Assembly: GCA_024643795.1 (NCBI GenBank)
Contig: JAHEMF010000110.1
Span: 22,137 to 86,136 of the forward strand
Source of the DNA: Bacteroidota bacterium
GTDB lineage: Bacteria > Bacteroidota > Bacteroidia > AKYH767-A > OLB10
DNA length: 64,000 nt
Reading direction: 5' to 3'
Below, in pieces: positions 28,468-38,906 of this stretch; position 1 is the first letter of the stretch; each line of letters opens with the position of its first letter. The notes beneath the pieces were generated by a model, which was not told the DNA's origin, made no database searches, and saw nothing but the letters and a program-made list of their open reading frames with translations. The position numbers and the translations under genes were made by a program.

Positions 28468-29136
28468 TCATCCTTCTATATCCGGCTCATATATGTTAAA
28501 TGAACGTTTGATCAATGAAACAATTGATGTGGCGATGAGTGCACCCAGAAAAGCAAGAAAAATATCTTTTTGTGCATCCCAAATATCTCCCTGGGTGCCT
28601 AAGTAAGCTGCTCCCTGCTCTTTGAAGAACACATCGGCCACAGCCCACTCTATCAATTCATAAAAAGCACCCATACTCAACGCCACCTCAATGGGTAAGG
28701 CCCACGAAAGCCATCGTGGCAGTTTAACCCATATCAAAAATACTTCCCTTAAAGGATACGCTAATAAAAACCCAAAACTGAAATGCACGATCCTGTCATA
28801 ATGATTCCGTGAAGTATCAAAAACTTCCATCAGCCAGTAGCCAAAAGGATTTTCGGCATAGGTGTACTTTGATCCATAAACATGCAAACACATATATATA
28901 CAGATCAATAAATAACTGAGGTCGCTGAACTGATATTTACGGTAAGTAGCAAAAAGGATAACAGAGAAAATGATCACCAGGATATTCTCAAGCAACCAGT
29001 TATTGATATCCGACGTGCCGGTGAGGGTGCTGACCCATATTGCAATAAAAATGGTCAGACATCCTATAAGCCAATAATTTTTAAGGAACGGTGTTCTGTC
29101 CTTTGAAATGGCCAGTGTAAATCTAGAAAGCTGCAT
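28468..29136 (-). CDS. integral membrane protein, YjdF/DUF2238-like
   Basis: 222 aa with about 6 TM helices. Motifs resembling DUF2238: HYDRIVHFSFGFLLAYPLRE, YELIEWAVA and AYLGTQGDIWDAQKD. Confidence 0.5.
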   Translation of the reverse strand: MQLSRFTLAISKDRTPFLKNYWLIGCLTIFIAIWVSTLTGTSDINNWLLENILVIIFSVILFATYRKYQFSDLSYLLICIYMCLHVYGSKYTYAENPFGYWLMEVFDTSRNHYDRIVHFSFGFLLAYPLREVFLIWVKLPRWLSWALPIEVALSMGAFYELIEWAVADVFFKEQGAAYLGTQGDIWDAQKDIFLAFLGALIATSIVSLIKRSFNIYEPDIEG

Positions 29137-29166
29137 ACCTTATGATATTGAGCCTTAAAGTATCAT

Positions 29167-29994
29167 TTATTTTTTGGAAAGGTAAATGACCCCTCCAAAA
29201 ACAATGTTGTACTGTGTAAAAAAGAACGACTGGCTGCCCTTATCACTAGTTGAGTTGGTAATCCTTATGTTGGGCATATTGATATACCCTCCCTTAAGTT
29301 CACTTTGAATAAAAAAATGATCGAACAGGGTAATGTTCAAACCTGCTACAATACTGGCTCCATATCCTGAGAAGTGAAACACATCATTACGCTCCATCTG
29401 AAGTAATGTACAATTGGTTCGAGGGTACATGAATCCTATGCCTACACCTTCCACGAGATTCACACTCACTTTTTCTCTTTCATATAATTTATCAAACCTG
29501 CGCACTTCTGTGTTCACATAGTTCAAACCATCAGTATGTTCAAACAAAAGAAATTCACGACTCAGCTCTATCTCGTCCTGATCATAAGTACCGTTGTATG
29601 GTGTTTCTGTTTCAGAAATACTTCCTGTTATAGTGGTCACCTGATCTTCATTGATTACATACTTCATATGATCGGTACCAATGCTAATACTCCAAGCATT
29701 ACTGAAGAAATAACCAACTCTGAAATTATATTGGGGAATGGTAAAGGTGGCGGGATTAAAATAAACACCGGCATCAAAAGGATATGGCTTATCATGAGCT
29801 TTCACATTATCAAGTGTGAAGTTATAGTTAGCACCTTTAAATGTTATATCTGAAGAAGTATATGACGACCGGTTATACCCCCAATAAAAATAAAAGCTTC
29901 CCTTTCGAGTTCGTTTTGATACAGGAATTGTATCCTGACCCATCATTAGCTGGGGAATGATAGCTGTACAGAAAATGATCAAAAATATTCTCAC
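29167..29994 (-). CDS. hypothetical outer-membrane / secreted beta-rich protein
   Basis: 275 aa with a signal peptide (MRIFLIIFCTAIIPQLMMGQ). It is aromatic- and beta-rich and ends in an aromatic residue-rich C-terminus. Confidence 0.45.
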   Translation of the reverse strand: MRIFLIIFCTAIIPQLMMGQDTIPVSKRTRKGSFYFYWGYNRSSYTSSDITFKGANYNFTLDNVKAHDKPYPFDAGVYFNPATFTIPQYNFRVGYFFSNAWSISIGTDHMKYVINEDQVTTITGSISETETPYNGTYDQDEIELSREFLLFEHTDGLNYVNTEVRRFDKLYEREKVSVNLVEGVGIGFMYPRTNCTLLQMERNDVFHFSGYGASIVAGLNITLFDHFFIQSELKGGYINMPNIRITNSTSDKGSQSFFFTQYNIVFGGVIYLSKK

Positions 29995-30019
29995 TTGAAA
30001 TTAATTAACAGAATGCTTC

Positions 30020-30874
30020 TCAACTATTTATTTGACTGAATAAATACTCTTTTTTTGATTCATGCACCAAGATCAAAACCTCACCTTCCTCCCCTGTGTT
30101 GCAAGGCTCCAAGGTTGTGCCTGAAGTACATTTATAAAACTGGTACCCGGCATTACACATCAGCGTATATACATCAGTTGTAGCTGCATTGAACCGGTTT
30201 AATGTACTGTTCAGTAATTCAATGAAAATAACCGGCCTGCATGCTTCAAACATTTTCATTCCGCCTTGCAAGATCTTGTACTCAAATCCTTCAGCATCAA
30301 TCTTCATCAATCCTATATCACTACCGTTAAGTTGCGCTGAATAAAAGTTTTCCAGTGTATCCATTGCCACCGAAGCGGAAGAAATTGCCCCGGATTCTTT
30401 AACAAAGTTCATCCCTGAATTCATAGTGTCAGGCTGTTGCATTTCAACACTTCCTTTGCTGTTACCCAATGCCATATTATAAGCTGTAACTTTATAGCGG
30501 TTGCGCTTTATATTTTCAGAAAGGTTATTGAAGGTTTTTGGTGTAGGTTCAACAGCAGTGATCACTGCATTATTATTCACTGATCCGGCTAGCAGCGAGT
30601 AATACCCCACATGTGCTCCTATGTCTAAAATATTCATTTGACCTTTGGCAAGCTTCTGCCAAAGAATTATCTCTTTGCTTTCGTATTTATAGTCGCCAAA
30701 GAGGTAGATCACCAGTTGCACCCAATCAGACAGATCGAGGTGCATTTCAAAGCCGTTACGGTGAGTGAATTTTACTTTTTCTTTTGGGTAAATTCCTCTT
30801 TTAACCAGAAACAATGCTATGGGCACTCTGCCTAACGGAAGCAAACGGATTAAGCTGAATAGTATTAGGATCAC
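30020..30874 (-). CDS. FkbM-family SAM-dependent methyltransferase
   Basis: FkbM-type motif ILDIGAHVGYYSLLAG and an MTase fold. 284 aa. Confidence 0.7.
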   Translation of the reverse strand: MILILFSLIRLLPLGRVPIALFLVKRGIYPKEKVKFTHRNGFEMHLDLSDWVQLVIYLFGDYKYESKEIILWQKLAKGQMNILDIGAHVGYYSLLAGSVNNNAVITAVEPTPKTFNNLSENIKRNRYKVTAYNMALGNSKGSVEMQQPDTMNSGMNFVKESGAISSASVAMDTLENFYSAQLNGSDIGLMKIDAEGFEYKILQGGMKMFEACRPVIFIELLNSTLNRFNAATTDVYTLMCNAGYQFYKCTSGTTLEPCNTGEEGEVLILVHESKKEYLFSQINS

Positions 30875-30942
30875 CTGGGGCAGAGTAGTTAAAAGTGGGA
30901 CAAAGGTAGTTTTCTTAATTTATATGACCAGCCCTCCACCAT

Positions 30943-31395
30943 TTAGGCATTCCAGAACATCCTGTGAAAGATCCACACGAATACATTGATGAAAAACCCC
31001 GTATCCAGCCCAATGACAGGTCGGGTGATAAGTGGGAAAAACCGTGGTTTTATAGGAGTATCGCCCCTTCCAAATTTCTGTGCAACTGGCGGATTATTCT
31101 GCAGATACTTATCAAACAATGCCGACTGGAACATTCCGTTCACTGTTCCCTAAGTTATATCTGTAACAACTGCCAATACCAGCATGGTACCACCTGAGTT
31201 TCTGGCTATAACAAGGGTAGTGAAGATCATAGCAAGCAGCCACAGAATAGGTTCTATCTTACCGGTATAACCTACTATTCCCAGCCAACCTATCACAATT
31301 CCAAATGCTGAAAGCATGAGTATTAGTTGCCAGTCGGTGCCCGATCGCAGTTCCATACACATATAAATATAATTTAATATGGAAGTATTTGCCAA
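30943..31395 (-). pseudogene. small membrane protein gene interrupted by one in-frame TAG (at 31150-31152)
   Basis: ORFs 31150-31395 and 30943-31143 lie in the same frame (…VLAVVTDIT * GTVNGMFQSALFDKYL…). Checked by hand from the sequence. The N-terminal part has hydrophobic helices, and the C-terminal part has a further hydrophobic segment. Confidence 0.45.
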
Positions 31396-31469
31396 TCAAA
31401 TCATTTGTCAGTAAAAAACAAATGGTAAAGGTGTTTCAGTATCGGATGAAATGTATTAATTTCGCCCCC

Positions 31470-31555
<86 letters not shown>

Positions 31556-31563
31556 AAAAGCAG

Positions 31564-31592
31564 ATTGCCCCAACAGGGGCAATTTTCATTTT
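31564..31592 (+). terminator. rho-independent terminator after the tRNA (ATTGCCCC-aaca-GGGGCAAT + TTTCATTTT)
   Basis: Perfect 8-bp stem with a 4-nt loop and a T-rich tail, 10 nt after the tRNA 3' end. Confidence 0.7.
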
Positions 31593-31723
31593 GGAGCGAC
31601 GTAAACTTGTTTGCGTGAGCGAAGAAAATAAAAATTGCAACGGCACGTAGTGCCGGCAATCTGCGGATTGTAGGAACCCTTCCCTGGGATCAGCGAGCGC
31701 AGCGAGGTGATCAGTTCATCCAA

Positions 31724-31840
31724 GGCAAAAGGGTAATGAGATAATGGGAAAATGTGCTAATGGGTTAATGAGGGGATGAATTTCCGCAATGGCAAAAGGA
31801 TAATGTGCTAATGAATTAATGGGTTAATTGGATCAATTGG
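31724..31840. repeat. degenerate tandem array with 8-bp periodicity (TAATGNNN x about 10), organised as two imperfect copies of a roughly 45-bp unit
   Basis: The sequence gggTAATGagaTAATGggaaAATGtgcTAATGggtTAATGagg is followed, after a short gap, by ggaTAATGtgcTAATGaatTAATGggtTAATTggatcAATTgg. The flanking word 'ggcaaaagg' is duplicated. The array lies between the tRNA-Ser and the GWxTD gene. Confidence 0.6.
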
Positions 31841-32190
31841 CAGATTTTACTTTTCGATCCACAATCAGCAATCAACATTCATCATTCATCTACCAATCGG
31901 CCACAGCGGATCAAACACATATCTCTTCAAGCTCACTCCACTCCATGCTCCCTACCCGCAAACCCAGACCCGATAGAAGCGTTTTTCATGCACACAATTC
32001 TCAAGCTAGTTAAAATGCAAATGCATGAAAAGTAGCGGATAGCGGGCCTGCCGCTGCCCAAAGCCCCAACGGATGCGCTGCCTGACCAAAATTCTACACG
32101 ATTATGTGTTCCTATTATTGCACTATTCAGACCTTTTGAATCATCCAGTTGGCCAATTTTCAGTATTTTTACATAAACACCCTTTACACT

Positions 32191-33666
32191 ATGAAGAATT
32201 TAGTTTTTACCCTCTTGGTTGCCCTGGCGATACCCTTTGTAGCAGAATCCAAATCGTTAAAGGCAAGATCATCATATAAAACTTTTTATGCTCCTGAAAC
32301 CGGATCATACATGGAAGCTTACTTGAGTGTGAGCGGTTCATCAGTCATATTCAAAGCATCGGATAACGGAAAGTTCACAGGTGCCATAGAAGTATCTTAT
32401 TCGTTCAGCAACAGCTCGGGAGTGGTTTACACCGATAAATATAATTTGCTGAGTCCTGAGATCACCGACACCACGCAGGTAGCCTTTAACTTTCTGGACC
32501 AGAAACGTGTACAGCTTGCAAACGGAAAATACGAGATGGAGCTTACCATAAAAGACAATAATGATCCGGAAGCTCAACCTTATACACTTAAGCAACCTGT
32601 AGTACTTGAATACTATAATAACATAGCCGCCATAAGTGATATTGAACTGGTGGACACATTTACCGCATCTGAAGATGATTCACATCCGTTATACAAGAAT
32701 GGTTTTATCGTGATTCCCTTTGCCAATAATTATTACCCGCCATCGATGGCCACGCTGCGGTTTTATGCAGAAATATATAATACCACTAAGATCCTTGGCG
32801 ATAACCAGCCTTATCTGATATCCTATTTCATCAGAACTTATGAATCGAAGCGTGTATTGAGTGAATTCTCTGCATTTAAGAAACAGAATTCACAGCCCGT
32901 GAGCATTCTGATGGGCGAGTTTCCTATCACTGCTCTTCCGTCAGGTAACTATGAGCTTGTGGTTGAGATCAAAAACCGCGACAATGAATTTATTGCCGGT
33001 AAAGAAGTATTCTTTCAACGAAGTAATACCATATTTGCTGCAGAAGATGTGGAACTGAACAACAGAAGTATTGATGGAACCTTTGTGGCAAATATTACCG
33101 ACAAAGACTCACTGATTGGGTATATACGTTCTACAAGACCTATATCAAACCAACTTGAGGTTACCTTTTTGAATAATCAGTTAAAACTGGCTGATGAGGT
33201 CTTAATGCAAAGGTACTTGTATGATTTCTGGTCGAAGCGCAACCCACTGGATCCAGAAAAAGCCTTTACAGATTACAGAAATGAGGTGGCAAAAGTTAAC
33301 AATGAGTTCAGCACTCATATAACACCAGGCTATGATTCGGAAAGAGGTCGTGTGTATCTTCAGTACGGCGCACCCAACACCATCAGCAAAAATTATAATG
33401 AACCGAGTGCTTATCCGTATGAGGTATGGCACTATTATAAAATAGGTTCACAAAGTAACCGTAAGTTCGTTTTTTACAACCCTGATCTGGTATCCAATGA
33501 ATTTGAGCTGTTGCATTCTGACGCTCAGGGTGAGATGTATGACTACCAGTGGCAGAACAAACTGCATTCACGTGACACTCAAACCAGGGATATAGACTCG
33601 GAAGGCCTCAATCAGGACGACTATTTTGGCAATCATTCCAAGGATATGTTTGAAAATCCCCGGTGA
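32191..33666 (+). CDS. GWxTD-domain-like secreted protein
   Basis: Start taken at the Met of MKNLVFTLLVALAIPFVAES (a signal peptide). The C-terminal region has a GWxTD-like motif with Y in place of W (GYDSERGRVYLQYGAPN). Confidence 0.5.
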   Translation: MKNLVFTLLVALAIPFVAESKSLKARSSYKTFYAPETGSYMEAYLSVSGSSVIFKASDNGKFTGAIEVSYSFSNSSGVVYTDKYNLLSPEITDTTQVAFNFLDQKRVQLANGKYEMELTIKDNNDPEAQPYTLKQPVVLEYYNNIAAISDIELVDTFTASEDDSHPLYKNGFIVIPFANNYYPPSMATLRFYAEIYNTTKILGDNQPYLISYFIRTYESKRVLSEFSAFKKQNSQPVSILMGEFPITALPSGNYELVVEIKNRDNEFIAGKEVFFQRSNTIFAAEDVELNNRSIDGTFVANITDKDSLIGYIRSTRPISNQLEVTFLNNQLKLADEVLMQRYLYDFWSKRNPLDPEKAFTDYRNEVAKVNNEFSTHITPGYDSERGRVYLQYGAPNTISKNYNEPSAYPYEVWHYYKIGSQSNRKFVFYNPDLVSNEFELLHSDAQGEMYDYQWQNKLHSRDTQTRDIDSEGLNQDDYFGNHSKDMFENPR

Positions 33667-33787
33667 TCACTACTAACACCCTTACCAAACGCCTTATTGC
33701 GTGAACACTAAATAATTTGTTTTTTATTCCCAGATTCAGATGTTCGGGTTATATTTATCCGGTTATTGATTCATTTTATATTTTGCT

Positions 33788-34804
33788 TTGAAAGTCACGG
33801 TTGTTATACTTAATTGGAATGGGAAAGAACTGCTGGAACGATTCATACCCGGGATCATTTCAAAGAGTGGTAACGGTGCCCGCATTGTAGTTGCCGACAA
33901 CGATTCAACTGACGACTCAATTCCTTTTATACAACAAAACTTCCCATCAGTTAACATCATCAAGCTGGATAAAAACCTTGGGTATGCCGGTGGATATAAC
34001 AAAGCTCTGATGGAGATGGATTCAGATATTTTTGTTTTATTGAATTCCGATGTTGAAGTAACAGAAAACTGGATAACACCTGTTGTGGATCACATGAAAC
34101 AAAATAATGATGTGGCTATATGCCAACCCAAACTTCTGTGGTATCATGAGAGAGATAAGTTTGAATATGCAGGTGCATCAGGTGGTTTCATAGACAAACT
34201 GGGATATCCATTTTGCAGGGGTCGCATGTTTAACACACTAGAAGTAGATAAGGGACAGTATAATAATGTTCAGGACATATTTTGGGCATCGGGAGCATGC
34301 ATGTTCATTAGAAGCAAAGTATTTAAAGAGCTTGGAGGTTTTGATGATACCTTCTTTGCACATATGGAAGAGATTGACCTTTGCTGGAGAGCTCAGCTAA
34401 AAGGCCACAAGGTTGCTGTAGTTCCTTCTTCCGTAGTGTATCATATGGGAGGTGCCACACTCAACAAGATAAATCCCCGCAAGACCTACCTGAATTTCAG
34501 GAACAACCTGTCTATGTTATACAAGAACTTGCCTGCCGGCAGGCTGTTACCGGTAATTTTCAGCAGACTTATTCTTGACGGGATAGCAGGAATTAAATTT
34601 ATTGCAGAAGGTGATATTAAAGATTGCCTTGCGGTTATAAAAGCACATTTTCACTTTTACGGAAGAATATTCTCCGGAAGGTTAAAACGCACTAAAGGGA
34701 TTTCAGCATTGCCAGACACCGTTTACAGAAAATGTGTGTTATGGGAGTACTTTGCAAAAGGCTCAAAAAAATATTCAGACCTTAAAATGGATGATATCAA
34801 ATGA
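33788..34804 (+). CDS. glycosyltransferase family 2
   Basis: N-terminal VVILNWNGKELLERF…, a DxD-type motif (LLNSDVEV) and a GT2 core. 338 aa. Confidence 0.8.
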   Translation: MKVTVVILNWNGKELLERFIPGIISKSGNGARIVVADNDSTDDSIPFIQQNFPSVNIIKLDKNLGYAGGYNKALMEMDSDIFVLLNSDVEVTENWITPVVDHMKQNNDVAICQPKLLWYHERDKFEYAGASGGFIDKLGYPFCRGRMFNTLEVDKGQYNNVQDIFWASGACMFIRSKVFKELGGFDDTFFAHMEEIDLCWRAQLKGHKVAVVPSSVVYHMGGATLNKINPRKTYLNFRNNLSMLYKNLPAGRLLPVIFSRLILDGIAGIKFIAEGDIKDCLAVIKAHFHFYGRIFSGRLKRTKGISALPDTVYRKCVLWEYFAKGSKKYSDLKMDDIK

Positions 34805-35412
34805 AAATTATATGTGTTGGCAGAAATTATAGTGAGCATGCACGTGAATTAAACAATCCCGTGAATGAAACTCCTGTAATATTCATGAAACCCGATTCAT
34901 CGATCCTGGATCGCAGGTTACCATTCTTTTTACCCGACTTTTCAAACGACATACATTACGAGGCTGAACTGGTGATCAAGATAAACAGGCTGGGCAAGCA
35001 TATTGATGAAAAATTTGCACATAAGTATTATGATGAACTTACTCTTGGTATTGATTTTACAGCAAGGGACAAACAATCAGAATTAAAATCGAAAGGACTT
35101 CCTTGGGAACTGGCAAAAGGATTTGACGGCAGTGCAGTTGTGGGGGATTTTATTCCTTTCAATGAGCTGAGTAACTCTGAAGAGATATTGTTCTCACTCA
35201 AAAAGAACGGGGAAACTGTGCAGAACGGCAATAGCAGAGATATGATCTTTTCTATAGATTATATTATTTCATACGTCTCTATGTATTTCACACTTAAAAA
35301 GGGTGATCTGATCTTTACAGGTACACCGGCCGGGGTGGGCAAAGTGGCAAAGGATGATGCACTCGAAGGGTTCATAGGCGATAAAAGCCTTTTGAAAGTC
35401 AAAATCAAGTGA
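34801..35412 (+). CDS. fumarylacetoacetate hydrolase (FAH)-family protein
   Basis: FAH-fold motifs (KIICVGRNYSEHA……GTPAGVG). It overlaps the GT2 gene by 4 nt. Confidence 0.75.
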   Translation: MKIICVGRNYSEHARELNNPVNETPVIFMKPDSSILDRRLPFFLPDFSNDIHYEAELVIKINRLGKHIDEKFAHKYYDELTLGIDFTARDKQSELKSKGLPWELAKGFDGSAVVGDFIPFNELSNSEEILFSLKKNGETVQNGNSRDMIFSIDYIISYVSMYFTLKKGDLIFTGTPAGVGKVAKDDALEGFIGDKSLLKVKIK

Positions 35413-35479
35413 TTTACAACCAGTTCGGTGATTTTTACGTCACTATATTACTCCTTTAATTACTATTTTTAGGCTTTGT

Positions 35480-37858
35480 ATGCTGATCTGCGGACATATT
35501 GCTAATGGATGGCGTAACTACGCCCTTTTGACGCTATTCTTTTTTTCTTTTTTGGGGAATGCATCCGCTACTCATATTGTCGGTGGTGAGCTATACTATA
35601 AATATTTGGGTAACGACCTTTATCAGATCCGGCTAACGGTATACAGAGACTGTTGGAACGGGGTACCTCCTTTCGACAACCCTGCCTCCGTTGGGGTATT
35701 TGATGCCAACAATGTTTTATTGCAACAACTATTATTGTTTGTTAACGATTCTGCAACTGTACCTCCTACTATCAACTCTCCCTGTTTTATTCCACCAGTT
35801 GATGTTTGTTACAGGGTGGCAAATTATTATACCACAGTAAACTTACCTCCACGACCGGGGGGGTACCAACTAGCATATCAACGTTGCTGCAGAAACCAAA
35901 CCATACTCAATATAATCAGTCCGTTATCAACCGGCGCTACTTTTTATGCCAACATACCCGGCTCACCATCAGATAATAGCAACCCCGTTTTTACTCAGTT
36001 GCCGCCACCTTTTATTTGTGCAGGAGTAGATTTCATTTTTGATCACAGCGCCACGGATAATGAAGGCGACTCATTGGTGTACGAATTATGTGTTCCGTTC
36101 GACGGAGCTAATCAAAACATACCGCAACCTCAGCCACCCTTTAACCCTCCGTATGGAAATATCCTTTGGCAACCTCCTTTCAATATCAATAATTTGCTTG
36201 GTGGAACACCCATGGTCATTGACCCGCAAACAGGTTTGCTTACTGCAACTCCCAACACCATTGGTCAGTTTGTTATTGGCATTTGTGTGAATGAATACCG
36301 TAATGGTGTGTTATTGAGTAAATCGAGAAGAGATTATCAGATAAACGTAGTTGCATGTCCCACACTGGTGGTTGCGGCTTTGCAAACTCCGGTATTAACA
36401 TGTGGCAGTAACACGGTACAGTTTATTAATAACAGTTTTGGTGCAGGATCATATTCATGGAATTTTGGTGACCCAACCACTACTTCCGACACATCGGTAT
36501 CAAAAAATCCATCCTATACTTATCCCGATACTGGAACTTATGCTGTAACACTCATTGCATATTCCGGTTTTAATCCCGGATGTGCCGACACTACAATTGG
36601 AGAGGTAACTATTCTCCCTGACTATGTTCCTGTATTCACCTATTCGCTTCAACCCTGTTCTTACATTGTGGCATTTGATGACACATCCAATCTTGATTCC
36701 GGCCCTACTTCACAATGGTTGTGGAATTTCGGTGATGGCACTACCGATACTATACGTGATCCTGTGCATACCTTCCCGGGGCCGGGCACCTATACTGTAA
36801 TATTACAGGCACAGTCGGATCGCGGTTGTAAGAAAACTGTCACACAAACCCTTACCATTCAGCCACAGATAACAGCCAATGCAAGTGCACAAAAACCTGT
36901 GAGCTGTATTAACGATTGTGATGCAACTGCAACTGTGAATGTAGTGAATGCCACTCCTCCCCTCATATATTCATGGGATGATCCCGGCAGTCAGAACACC
37001 CAAGCTGCCGTGAATCTTTGTGCTGGAACCTATACAGTAACCGTTACTGATAGCAATGGCTGTAGTACAAACGCAACAGTAACCATTAACAATCCCGACT
37101 CACTGCTTTCAACAGTTTCATCAACCGATGCATATTGCAATGGCTTGTGTATAGGAACTGCAACAGTATCTGCTACAGGAGGATCAGGTAATTACACCTA
37201 TCAATGGTCAGATCCACAATCGCAAAGCACCTCCACGGCCACTCAGTTATGTCCGGGTAATTATTCAGTGATCATAACAGACGCCAATGGCTGCACTACC
37301 ACTGAAAATGTGCAGGTACTGTTCTCAACCTTTGTTCCACCGCTGGTTGCTACAGCTAATCCTTCCACTATTTATGTTGGACAAACTGTGGCGCTCAATG
37401 CCACTCAGAACAACTCATACAACTATGTGTGGGATCCACCGGACTACCTCACTTCCACCACCATCTACAATCCGCAGGCGGCCCCTATAAATAATATAAC
37501 CTATGTGGTTACTATAACAGACCCAAACGGGTGCGCTAATATAGATACCGTTACTATAACGGTAAAAGAAGTTTTGTGCGAAGAGCCGGAGATATTCATA
37601 CCGAATGCGTTTACTCCAGACGGTGACCTCAAGAATGATGTTGTATATGTCAGAGGAAATACCATTAAGAAATTGACATTTAGAATTTACGACCGGTGGG
37701 GAGAAAAAGTATTTGAAACCAATGATCCTTCAATTGGATGGGATGGCACCTATAAAGGAGAAAAAGCAAACCCCGCAGTGTATGTATATTATGTTGAGGC
37801 CATTTGCTTCGACGACCAGAAGTTTTACAAACAAGGGAACATTACTTTGATTAGATAA
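35480..37858 (+). CDS. T9SS type B cargo protein with a Cys-rich N-terminal domain, PKD-like repeats and a gliding-motility C-terminal domain
   Basis: 792 aa. The N-terminal domain is homologous to the N-terminus of the giant 12008-19777 protein (ATHIVGGELYY…YRDC…CCRN…DNEGDSLVYELC). The C-terminus IPNAFTPDGDLKNDV…YDRWGEKVF…GNITLIR is the CHU_C domain. Confidence 0.8.
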   Translation: MLICGHIANGWRNYALLTLFFFSFLGNASATHIVGGELYYKYLGNDLYQIRLTVYRDCWNGVPPFDNPASVGVFDANNVLLQQLLLFVNDSATVPPTINSPCFIPPVDVCYRVANYYTTVNLPPRPGGYQLAYQRCCRNQTILNIISPLSTGATFYANIPGSPSDNSNPVFTQLPPPFICAGVDFIFDHSATDNEGDSLVYELCVPFDGANQNIPQPQPPFNPPYGNILWQPPFNINNLLGGTPMVIDPQTGLLTATPNTIGQFVIGICVNEYRNGVLLSKSRRDYQINVVACPTLVVAALQTPVLTCGSNTVQFINNSFGAGSYSWNFGDPTTTSDTSVSKNPSYTYPDTGTYAVTLIAYSGFNPGCADTTIGEVTILPDYVPVFTYSLQPCSYIVAFDDTSNLDSGPTSQWLWNFGDGTTDTIRDPVHTFPGPGTYTVILQAQSDRGCKKTVTQTLTIQPQITANASAQKPVSCINDCDATATVNVVNATPPLIYSWDDPGSQNTQAAVNLCAGTYTVTVTDSNGCSTNATVTINNPDSLLSTVSSTDAYCNGLCIGTATVSATGGSGNYTYQWSDPQSQSTSTATQLCPGNYSVIITDANGCTTTENVQVLFSTFVPPLVATANPSTIYVGQTVALNATQNNSYNYVWDPPDYLTSTTIYNPQAAPINNITYVVTITDPNGCANIDTVTITVKEVLCEEPEIFIPNAFTPDGDLKNDVVYVRGNTIKKLTFRIYDRWGEKVFETNDPSIGWDGTYKGEKANPAVYVYYVEAICFDDQKFYKQGNITLIR

Positions 37859-37861
37859 ACA

Positions 37862-38902
37862 TTGAAAAGTAAGATCAAATATTGTTTTTCGCCTATCCCG
37901 TTCATGGGTATGGTTCTCTTTATGCTGATCAGTGCTCCTGTTTTTTCACAGGATATACACTTCAGTCAGTTTCAATCGAGTCCACTTAATCTTAATCCCG
38001 CACGAACCGGACTATTTGACGGCGATATACGCTTTGTGGGCAACTACAGAAACCAATGGAAATCGGTTAGTGAACCTTATCGCACTTTTTCATTTTCCGG
38101 CGACATGAAACTCAATTCTATTTCCGGTCCTTTAAATGGTTTTGGCACCGGATTGGTAGTTTTTCATGATAAAGCAGGTGATTCTGAACTGAGCACATTG
38201 AATATAGCACTGAGTTTTTCATGGACCCGGATGCTTGATGGAGCTGACGGCCGACATGCCATCACATTAGGCACACAGATAGGATTTTATAATCGTTCAA
38301 TAAATTTCAGCAAGTTAACCTTTGATGAGCAGTTCAATGGCGACATCTTTGATCCGAATTATGCAAACACCGAATCATTTGATGGCGACAACCATAGCTA
38401 TCCCGACCTTTCACTGGGGGCTGTATACACTTTTAAGATATCAGACAACACTTACCTGGGTGCTGGTGCAGGACTTCAACATTTAAACAGACCTGATGAT
38501 AGTTTTTTTGGTGAGAGTGTAAAGGTTCCGGTTCGCTTGCAGGCGGATATTAAATTAGATGCCAAACTATCTGAAAAAATTGACATCATACCTACCCTGC
38601 TCTATCAGGATCAGTCATCATTCAATGAATTGGTGGCAGGTGCATCGTTACGGTTTCACCTGAACAACAAACCCGGTAAGTTGTATAACTTTTATGCAGG
38701 TGGATTTGTACGTACTAAGGATGCGATCATATTAAGTGCAGGGTTAGATTACAATTACCTGAATGTCGGATTCTCATATGATATCAACACATCCGATCTT
38801 GACCGGGCCAGTGATGGTAAAGGCGGACCCGAGATCTCACTTATTTATATCATAAAAAAAGTAAAACCATTAAATACAAAACCCCCTTGCCCTGTATATT
38901 GA
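37862..38902 (+). CDS. type IX secretion system membrane protein, PorP/SprF family
   Basis: 346 aa with a signal peptide followed by the family-typical start QDIHFSQFQSSPLNLNPARTG. It begins 4 nt after the cargo gene. Confidence 0.75.
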   Translation: MKSKIKYCFSPIPFMGMVLFMLISAPVFSQDIHFSQFQSSPLNLNPARTGLFDGDIRFVGNYRNQWKSVSEPYRTFSFSGDMKLNSISGPLNGFGTGLVVFHDKAGDSELSTLNIALSFSWTRMLDGADGRHAITLGTQIGFYNRSINFSKLTFDEQFNGDIFDPNYANTESFDGDNHSYPDLSLGAVYTFKISDNTYLGAGAGLQHLNRPDDSFFGESVKVPVRLQADIKLDAKLSEKIDIIPTLLYQDQSSFNELVAGASLRFHLNNKPGKLYNFYAGGFVRTKDAIILSAGLDYNYLNVGFSYDINTSDLDRASDGKGGPEISLIYIIKKVKPLNTKPPCPVY

Positions 38903-38906
38903 TCTG

